DNA of 64,000 bases, from NCBI GenBank assembly GCA_019653755.1, contig BPCL01000004.1:5524-69523 (forward strand), written 5' to 3'. The stretch's first letter is position 1. The number at the start of each line of letters is the position of its first letter. Positions 41,533 through 48,732 of this stretch are shown in pieces. Below the pieces are notes generated by a model that worked only from the letters and a program-made list of their open reading frames with translations, was not told the DNA's origin and did no database searches. A program made the position numbers and the translations under genes. The stretch is from Woeseia sp. (lineage in GTDB: Bacteria > Pseudomonadota > Gammaproteobacteria > Steroidobacterales > UBA11654).

Positions 41533-42210
41533 TCATTTTGATACTAAGCGAACTAGAAGGTGGCCTACAGTCTGGGAAATGTCTGCAAGAGAACCAATCT
41601 TATTGATCACATCGTAGAAAAACATGACCTCTACAGGATCATATTGTTTCTCATGTTCAAAAAATTTATTTCTCAAGGCTATTTCTAATTCATCGTTTTC
41701 TTTCTCAATTTGCTCTAATTCAATTACAAGCTCGCTTAATACTGATGCATCGTGAGACCCAAAGCCTCTTTTTTGCATTTCATCGACTTTTCTAATGGCA
41801 TCAGATGCTTGATTAGCTGCTTTTATTGCAGCCTTAGAGCAACTCATAAAGTCCTCAGTAACCTCTTTAGGAAGTTCCATTTTTCTTCCAATCATGACTC
41901 CTGAGATATCTTTTGCTGCATTAGGAATGCCATCCATGGTGAACACCAAATCCAGTAAATCCTGTCTAGAGACACTCATAAAGAGCGATTTTGGTAGATT
42001 ATTTCTAATAGTATTCTTTATGTCGTCCGCTTGATTCTCTAGTTTGACTATCTTTTCTCTGCATTCTGCTGCAGTGTTCCAATCTGATTGGGAAATAGCC
42101 TTTAAAAAATTCTCTAGTTCAGCTGTGGCTTGATTGCCAAGTGACATATGTTCTTGTAATCCAGAAAACGGTGAATCTGCAAGCATTCCAAGAAAAGTAT
42201 CAGAATTCAT
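41533..42210 (-). CDS. DUF47 / PhoU-related phosphate-transport regulator (Pit accessory protein)
   Basis: All-helical 225-aa protein directly upstream of the PiT gene, which is the usual DUF47-PiT pairing. A GAGGA Shine-Dalgarno sequence is present. Confidence 0.75.
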   Translation of the reverse strand: MNSDTFLGMLADSPFSGLQEHMSLGNQATAELENFLKAISQSDWNTAAECREKIVKLENQADDIKNTIRNNLPKSLFMSVSRQDLLDLVFTMDGIPNAAKDISGVMIGRKMELPKEVTEDFMSCSKAAIKAANQASDAIRKVDEMQKRGFGSHDASVLSELVIELEQIEKENDELEIALRNKFFEHEKQYDPVEVMFFYDVINKIGSLADISQTVGHLLVRLVSK

Positions 42211-42275
42211 GTTTTTTCCTCATTGTTAGCTGCGATTGTAATTATTTTTAATCTAGACACAAGCAGAATCGGAAA

Positions 42276-42749
42276 TTATTTCTCAGAAGTTTGATCATAG
42301 AGAAATGCTATTAGATCATTCCGGTCTTCCTGTTTCCTCATTCCTGAAAATACCATCTTATTTCCAGGTAATATTTCATAAGGCTTCTCTAACCAAAGAT
42401 CAAGATTCTCTACAGTCCAAACAATTTCACTCCCCGATAAAGCATCTGAGTAGTTGTATCCATCTCGGATACCAGCTTTTGAACCAATTAACTTAAATAA
42501 ATTAGGTCCAATCTTGTGAGGCTCATTTTCTTTCAAAGAATGGCACGCTCTGCATTGGATATAGAGTTTGCTGCCTCTCTGTATATCGCCAACTGTCATT
42601 ATCGTTTCTAGATTAGCAATACTACTAGGTGGAACAGATTCTACTTTTTCATTATCGGGGCTCTGTTGATCGCTACAAGAAATCAATAGAAAAGAAACAA
42701 TAAGTAAACTTAGATTCTTCGAGCGGATCATAAGTATGTCAATCGTCAC
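42276..42749 (-). CDS. Class I c-type cytochrome (c2/c550-like), probable lipoprotein
   Basis: Lipobox LLISCS, heme motif CRACHS, and the distal Met region GNKMVFSGM...RNDLIAFL. ATGA overlap with the upstream gene. Confidence 0.8.
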   Translation of the reverse strand: MTIDILMIRSKNLSLLIVSFLLISCSDQQSPDNEKVESVPPSSIANLETIMTVGDIQRGSKLYIQCRACHSLKENEPHKIGPNLFKLIGSKAGIRDGYNYSDALSGSEIVWTVENLDLWLEKPYEILPGNKMVFSGMRKQEDRNDLIAFLYDQTSEK

Positions 42750-43609
42750 TCATAAATAACTGGACCGGTATCTTCTTCTAAGTTAAATCCGGATAACTCT
42801 GGGTGCTCTGCCATCATTCTTTTAGAGTACTCCTCTGGCAATTGGTCGATTGAATCTAACTTAACGCCTGATGCATGCCAAAGCGTATGGCCTTCAACAT
42901 CATCCATGTCCATCCATGGCAACCAAGGCATTAACACAGTGGCTGTAAACATCGTAGATAATGAAAGGTTATTTGGGTCAAGAAATTCATCCAAAGGAGC
43001 AAACATGGTCATTCTCTGTACTCTCGGTGGACTTAATCCTGGAGGGTATGAAGTCTGATTATGCAGCCAAACCGTCTTGGGACCAAAAGTCCAATCTAGG
43101 ATTAAAGGTTTATCAGGCATTTGATCAATAAAGGATGTTGGTCTCGAACCCATAGTTGAAATATTAAGACCTCTTCCCAAACTAGCTCGTCTGATATTTG
43201 GTGACACTTTATTTACTTTGCCTGTATAAGGATTTCTGTAATCCCGTATCATTTCTCCACTATCAACATCTCTAAAAAACGTCAGCATATTCCCAAGGAT
43301 TTCATACGACCCATCATCTTGTGGAATAACCTTGTAACTCTCCATCCCTTCGATTTTGACCATGGGAATGGGTTGCTCAGATCCTTTTTGAAAATACAGC
43401 GTCCCATTGTAGTGCCAAGGGACCTGGTCTTCATTACCTAGAGTCGATTGCATTCGCATGAGGTTCAATAAATTATTCACTGGCAAAGTCAAATCGGGTG
43501 CTGAAGAAGGCACCGTTCCACTAACCATGCTCTCAGTTTTATCAGAAGCAAGAACAGTAGCTAAACCGAGACCCATTAAAAACTCTCTTCTTAATAACTT
43601 CATCGACAT
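42746..43609 (-). CDS. Tat-exported periplasmic protein, family uncertain (DUF1838-like is only a guess)
   Basis: Twin-arginine signal MSMKLLRREFLMGLGLATVLA. No cofactor motif recognised. Confidence 0.55.
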   Translation of the reverse strand: MSMKLLRREFLMGLGLATVLASDKTESMVSGTVPSSAPDLTLPVNNLLNLMRMQSTLGNEDQVPWHYNGTLYFQKGSEQPIPMVKIEGMESYKVIPQDDGSYEILGNMLTFFRDVDSGEMIRDYRNPYTGKVNKVSPNIRRASLGRGLNISTMGSRPTSFIDQMPDKPLILDWTFGPKTVWLHNQTSYPPGLSPPRVQRMTMFAPLDEFLDPNNLSLSTMFTATVLMPWLPWMDMDDVEGHTLWHASGVKLDSIDQLPEEYSKRMMAEHPELSGFNLEEDTGPVIYE

Positions 43610-43627
43610 CGTATCTCCTTATATTTC

Positions 43628-44704
43628 CTAATTAACATTCGTTGATTCTATATGGTCGGTAACCTTGTCTGCAAGGAACTCAGCCACAGCGTAATGATCT
43701 TCTGTGACCTGCCACATTGACCATGTCCCTTTATATTGATCTTGCACTGGCTGATTTGGATCAGCAGAACCAAGTTCAGCTTGATAGCCCAAATGTCCAA
43801 ATTCAGAAACGTCATAAGCTAGAGAGGGATCTAGATCATCTCGTCTCTGATCAAGCTTTGCTTGCCTAGTTGGAGGGTAGGCCTGAGAGGTGCTGCACCC
43901 TCCCATTTCGAAGCAACACTCCTCGGTTTGATTTGCATTAACAGTGCTGGCACAAGATTGAGAGACCCATATTCCCCAATAATCTGCGAAGGGGTGTCCA
44001 TATTCTGGATAAGTGTCAAAATCCAAAGAATTGAAATAAAGCCAATTCTTATAACCGATTTCCTTTCCAATCTGATTGGGAACTTCTACGAGATTAAGAA
44101 CAGAATTTTCCATGATCTGAGGAAATGCCACGACAATATGTTTAACGTTATTTTTTCTGAGTTGATCAAGCGCTTCCCAATATCGATAACCCCATTCAGC
44201 TGAAGGCCTATCTCCGTCAGTATCATGAAGGATATTGTAACCTAGGTTCTCACCCCTCATTTCACGTGTTCTTTCCATTTGTGTGAAAGCTGGAGGAGCC
44301 GGTCTAACTCTTTCATTGATGACCATGTCGCCAAACCAGCCTCCGAGAATGTTTTCTTCACTTAACTCTGGGTAATTTTCTAACAATGCCTTTTTAATAT
44401 TCTTGTTAAGGGTAAGCGTGTCATTAATTTTTGGATCAAACACTTCATTGCCCGATAAAATACCGTGATTCACCATAAGCACAGCGGTGTCCTTAATTGA
44501 AATATCTTTGTTAAATTGAGCTGCAATGCCATCGGCTTGGAATTTAGCCAACCTCATATCCTCTATAACAGGATTGGGGTAATCGGAAAATTCTACTATA
44601 GGATTAAGCTCAGGCTTACCTTTAGACCGCGTCCACCCAGAAGGGTCTTGTGGGTATGATTTCACCATCAGATTGTCAGGATCATTGACCCATTCAATAA
44701 CCAC
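43628..44704 (-). CDS. Large uncharacterised lipoprotein, C-terminal part (continuation of 44668..45432 after a frame change)
   Basis: This frame is open upstream to 44761 and reads ..NVIDEHNKTTGDNVVIEWVNDP.. across the called start. It has no start context of its own. Confidence 0.5.
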   Translation of the reverse strand: MVIEWVNDPDNLMVKSYPQDPSGWTRSKGKPELNPIVEFSDYPNPVIEDMRLAKFQADGIAAQFNKDISIKDTAVLMVNHGILSGNEVFDPKINDTLTLNKNIKKALLENYPELSEENILGGWFGDMVINERVRPAPPAFTQMERTREMRGENLGYNILHDTDGDRPSAEWGYRYWEALDQLRKNNVKHIVVAFPQIMENSVLNLVEVPNQIGKEIGYKNWLYFNSLDFDTYPEYGHPFADYWGIWVSQSCASTVNANQTEECCFEMGGCSTSQAYPPTRQAKLDQRRDDLDPSLAYDVSEFGHLGYQAELGSADPNQPVQDQYKGTWSMWQVTEDHYAVAEFLADKVTDHIESTNVN

Positions 44705-45432
44705 GTTATCCCCGGTGGTTTTGTTGTGCTCATCAATGACGTTTCTGCCGCAGTATAAACGTCAAAGGATTTTGAGAAACGAGCTCCGGCAGTCGTTAGA
44801 TCCACCATAATGAATCGCTCAACCCCCACCTTTAGGAGCCTTTCGATGGGCCCATCAATATCGTAACGATTAGGATCGCAAAATAACCAAGACCAATCCC
44901 CTTTCCCACAAAAAGCAAGTATTGAACCGTCTTCAGTTCCGGGGTAATACAACATTCTCGGATTAGCCAACTCTTTAATATCAGGGCTCAACCAAGACAT
45001 CTTATCGACAATAAAATCAATTTCGTATTGATCTTCATAATCGGTCATGATTTCAACCAAATGCTCGGTCAGTTCAGCCTTAGATTTTGGGTACGGATCA
45101 ACACCTCCGATCCGCTCATACTCAAAAGAATATTTACCCGTCTCTTTTGGTGCGTTTCCAAAAACCAAGAGTTGTGGCCAATAATCAGGATTCCATAAAA
45201 TACGCTGATAGACCGGGCTATTTTTATCGTAGGAAAATATTTGGACTGTGGAATCCCAAACCTGTTGCTCTCCATAGGTCTCAAACCCACCGTGTGAGAC
45301 ATAAAGCACCCCTACCCTTGGTCGTTGCTTGTCCTCAGGGTTGTTGGTTTGTAATTGATCCGAGTATTGAGCACAAGCTGACAAAAAGATTGTCGCCATC
45401 AAGGGTATTAAAAATTTATAGTGCCTATTCAA
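44668..45432 (-). CDS. Large uncharacterised lipoprotein, N-terminal part
   Basis: The TTG start gives MNRHYKFLIPLMATIFLSAC (lipobox LSAC). Followed by VGVLYVSHGG.... Confidence 0.55.
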   Translation of the reverse strand: MNRHYKFLIPLMATIFLSACAQYSDQLQTNNPEDKQRPRVGVLYVSHGGFETYGEQQVWDSTVQIFSYDKNSPVYQRILWNPDYWPQLLVFGNAPKETGKYSFEYERIGGVDPYPKSKAELTEHLVEIMTDYEDQYEIDFIVDKMSWLSPDIKELANPRMLYYPGTEDGSILAFCGKGDWSWLFCDPNRYDIDGPIERLLKVGVERFIMVDLTTAGARFSKSFDVYTAAETSLMSTTKPPGITWLLNGSMILTI

Positions 45433-46096
45433 TACCTAGTGCTCCTGGGTTCATTAAATTCTTTGGGTCCAAGGATTGTTTTATTGATTTCAATGCATCA
45501 GAGGCCAATGGCTGTCTGCCTTTTTGGTATGGATAGCTCTTCCCAACTTGAAAATGAACAGCCCCTAGGTCTGAATATATGTCTTGTATTGACGCTCGAA
45601 GCTCGGCAACCAGGGCTCTTCCTTCTTTATTTTCTGGGTAAGTGGGAAGCATATCAAGATACTCTTGATCCAAGTAGAGTTTGTGATAAACCGTCCGCTC
45701 ATCTTGCCAATATAGAGCTACTTCGTAGAGAAAGCTGTGTGTTGAATAGGTCATATACATAGCACCTGCATAAACTGAGCACTCTTCCATTGCATCTTTC
45801 TTCTCCTCGTAGAGATCCATCAGTCGATTGTGCATCTCCTGCATCTTTGAGAACGATAAAAGTCCGTGCATAGGCACCCAACGTTCACCTTGAGGTCCTA
45901 AGATTGGATAGAGTGGCATAAAGGGCATAGCCCCTAAAACCGTTGGAATCGTATTGGCTATCTCGGTGCCAAAAGAAGAAACGGCTTTTCTGGTTTGTGC
46001 CAGTTTACTTTTGACTTCGCTCATGGAATGGCCTTCAACGACAAAGTGAGCTGAATAATCATAACCGGTTAAGAATCTCTTGCCGGCTATGGCCAT
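45425..46096 (-). CDS. FAD-linked oxidase, C-terminal (substrate/cap domain) part
   Basis: This frame is open upstream to 46159 and reads KNARNPLEAILQLFKMAIAGKRFLTG across the called Met. The C-terminus ..LDPKNLMNPGALGI is typical of GlcD/FAD-linked oxidases. Confidence 0.7.
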   Translation of the reverse strand: MAIAGKRFLTGYDYSAHFVVEGHSMSEVKSKLAQTRKAVSSFGTEIANTIPTVLGAMPFMPLYPILGPQGERWVPMHGLLSFSKMQEMHNRLMDLYEEKKDAMEECSVYAGAMYMTYSTHSFLYEVALYWQDERTVYHKLYLDQEYLDMLPTYPENKEGRALVAELRASIQDIYSDLGAVHFQVGKSYPYQKGRQPLASDALKSIKQSLDPKNLMNPGALGIE

Positions 46097-46998
46097 TTTG
46101 AAGAGCTGAAGAATCGCTTCGAGAGGATTGCGTGCGTTCTTAAAACAGCAAAAGCCGCTTTAAAAGCGTCAGCAATTGAAGTGCTCCCAAGTTGACCCTG
46201 TTGTAATTTAGGATCCAGTCCCCAATTACTTGATACTGATTCTTCTCTTGCAGCAGCCGCCATTGCCTGACTCATGGCATCATAACTTTTAAAACCGTAA
46301 GAACAGGTAAGACTGTGACTGGGCAATTTAATTAGGCGAAGAGTAATGCTCGCCTTGATGCCCAATGACCCAGCATCACCAGAAAATAAACCGGTTAAAT
46401 CAGGGCCATAATGCCTAAAGAATGGAGTGCTTTTTTCCATTGAAGAAGAGCCAGTTTTAAGAATTTCACCGCTTGCCAAAACAACGTCATAACACAGGAC
46501 TGACTCTGGTGAACCCCCGTATCTACTGGTTCCCATGCTGACACTATTTTGCGATGTCGAGCCGCCGACGGTGGCTTTTAACCCTGAGAACGGCCCCCAA
46601 AAAGGCGTCCTCAAATTTCTCTCGGCAAGCGCTGCAGCCATTTCTGCCCAAGTAACTCCTGGTTCAACGGTGATAAACATATCCTCTTCGTTGATCTCGA
46701 TAATCTTATTGAGTCGAGAGGTATCGATGATAAGTGATTGAGCGGTAGCCGGTAGGTAAGCGTCTGTATAAGATGCCCCTCCTCCACGAGTAATAACCGC
46801 AACATCTAAACCGGTTGTAACCCTCACAGCCTCTTGAAGCTCTTCTACTGAGCCCGGTTTAATAACAGCAATTGGAGTTTCAATTGACCTGTAGACATCC
46901 ATCGAATAAAAAGCCAGCGATTCTTGATCGGTTAAGACATGATCTTTTCCAACAGCTGCCTTTAGCACTTTAACCAAGTTTTTCTCGATATCAGACAT
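46087..46998 (-). CDS. FAD-linked oxidase (PCMH-type FAD-binding domain), N-terminal part
   Basis: VIKPGSVEELQEAVRV...VAVITRGGGASY and INEEDMFITVEPGVTWAE. The ATG at 46998 has GGAG 6 nt upstream; the ORF is open to 47025. Confidence 0.8.
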   Translation of the reverse strand: MSDIEKNLVKVLKAAVGKDHVLTDQESLAFYSMDVYRSIETPIAVIKPGSVEELQEAVRVTTGLDVAVITRGGGASYTDAYLPATAQSLIIDTSRLNKIIEINEEDMFITVEPGVTWAEMAAALAERNLRTPFWGPFSGLKATVGGSTSQNSVSMGTSRYGGSPESVLCYDVVLASGEILKTGSSSMEKSTPFFRHYGPDLTGLFSGDAGSLGIKASITLRLIKLPSHSLTCSYGFKSYDAMSQAMAAAAREESVSSNWGLDPKLQQGQLGSTSIADAFKAAFAVLRTHAILSKRFFSSSKWP

Positions 46999-47006
46999 CT
47001 CTACTC

Positions 47007-48680
47007 CTAGATCTCTATTGTCCACTCGTTCCTGTTTTCAGGCAGGGGCTTAAAAATAATTCTATTGTTTATCTTTGCCATTCTACTAGCAAAAACATCT
47101 CTTAAATTGCCTTGCCATGTCAGAACAGTCAAATCCATTGAAAGATTAATTAAATCTTCCTCAAAATCATATCCTAACAAATCATTTGTCACTAGCTGCA
47201 ATCGATCTCCACCTTTTAATAATTCAATAGCTTTGTTGTGAACTGACTCAGCTTCAATATCTGGCAGTCTCCCCAATGCACTTGAAACTTGTGACTTATA
47301 CCACGGAAAATATAGTTCACTATCACGTGCAAAATACCATGCTTTGAGAAGATGTTCGCCATAGGATGTTGGGGTAATATCGGGAATATAAGACTCTTTA
47401 AATTCTTCCTTCTCTTGATCATTCAAAAACCATGGGTCCAATGCCGCCAAGCGATCAACACTTAATTCTCTGCTCTCTGCAAGTCGCAAAGCTATCGGCA
47501 AGCTGCCACCAACAGCCAGTACACTAATTCGCTCTACCTTCAGGTTTTTCAAGGCTTCCCGTATCATCCTAGCAATCGACTGCGGGGAATAATTGCTTAA
47601 ATGACTAGGCCCTGTCTCTCCATGACCAGGAAGGTCGATCATTAACTTCAATGAAGCATTCTTGATCCCTTCAGAGTATCTGCGAGAACTTTTAGACGAC
47701 TCACCAAGATCGTGCAGAACCAAAACTATATTGTCCTTGTCCTCGCCCTCCGAGCAATAATAAAGAGGACCATAGGTTGTGGGAACAAACCCTTGCTTTC
47801 CTGATTTTAAATCCACTGAAGATGAAATTTTGATCTCCCCATTGTTTGCAGAGTGTTCTTTGAATATATCTCTTGATCTTTGTTCCACAGCAATGGGGTC
47901 AGGCAGAAGCTCAATCACAACATTTTCTGGAAGATTATCAAGTCGTTTAGGGTGGTCAGCTATAGGATCTCCCTCATAATTAATCAGATAGGTCGGAATT
48001 TTCAACTGCTTGATTCGATCTCTAGACGGGTATAAAAAAGCAGCTTTATAAGCTGTTTGAGACTCTGCATTTGAACGAACTAAATCTAATACATAAGGCT
48101 GTAAAAATTCTGGCGGGGGAAGATCGAGTGCCATCCTGCTGCTTGCTTCTTTTTTAAACCAAGGAAAGAAAATCAGCTGATCTCTTATCCTTGACCAAAT
48201 CCAAGGCATTTGCCCCCCTTCAGGGGTTGGCGAAAACCATTTAGTGTAATGAGCTAATATCTCCTCTTCCTCTTCAGGTTCAAGAACCACCAAACCATTG
48301 ACAACCACCACATTGCATAGATCCGGGTATAAGCGAGCCAACTCCGTGGCTATAATTGCTCCCGTATGAAAGCCATAAAAACAAGCTTTATCTATTGCCA
48401 ATGCATCTAGGAATTCTTTCAAAGCTTCGGCGTATTCAGTTATGTCTGGTTTAATATCATCTACAAAATCAGATAACCCAAACCCGGGTGTGTCTGGAGC
48501 AATAACGGTAAATTCATCACTAAATTGCTCAATCACTGAGGCCATCTCAGCAGAAGAAGTAGGACTTTGATGCAAAAGAACCAGTATCGGTCCCGAGCCA
48601 GAAACTCGATAATGGACTTGTCGAGAGCTCAAATTTACAAACCGTCTCTCAATGGAAATATTTTCGACTGATTGATACAT
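47007..48680 (-). CDS. Cytoplasmic protein with two tandem alpha/beta-hydrolase-fold halves
   Basis: Half 1: GSGPILVLLHQSP...DTPGFGLSD...CFYGFHTGAIIA. Half 2: IVLVLHDLGESS...DLPGHGETG...SVLAVGGSLPIA. No signal peptide. Confidence 0.7.
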   Translation of the reverse strand: MYQSVENISIERRFVNLSSRQVHYRVSGSGPILVLLHQSPTSSAEMASVIEQFSDEFTVIAPDTPGFGLSDFVDDIKPDITEYAEALKEFLDALAIDKACFYGFHTGAIIATELARLYPDLCNVVVVNGLVVLEPEEEEEILAHYTKWFSPTPEGGQMPWIWSRIRDQLIFFPWFKKEASSRMALDLPPPEFLQPYVLDLVRSNAESQTAYKAAFLYPSRDRIKQLKIPTYLINYEGDPIADHPKRLDNLPENVVIELLPDPIAVEQRSRDIFKEHSANNGEIKISSSVDLKSGKQGFVPTTYGPLYYCSEGEDKDNIVLVLHDLGESSKSSRRYSEGIKNASLKLMIDLPGHGETGPSHLSNYSPQSIARMIREALKNLKVERISVLAVGGSLPIALRLAESRELSVDRLAALDPWFLNDQEKEEFKESYIPDITPTSYGEHLLKAWYFARDSELYFPWYKSQVSSALGRLPDIEAESVHNKAIELLKGGDRLQLVTNDLLGYDFEEDLINLSMDLTVLTWQGNLRDVFASRMAKINNRIIFKPLPENRNEWTIEI

Positions 48681-48732
48681 GCTATGGGGGCTTATTATAG
48701 CTGTATATTCTCTTTAAATAACTCTCTATGTA

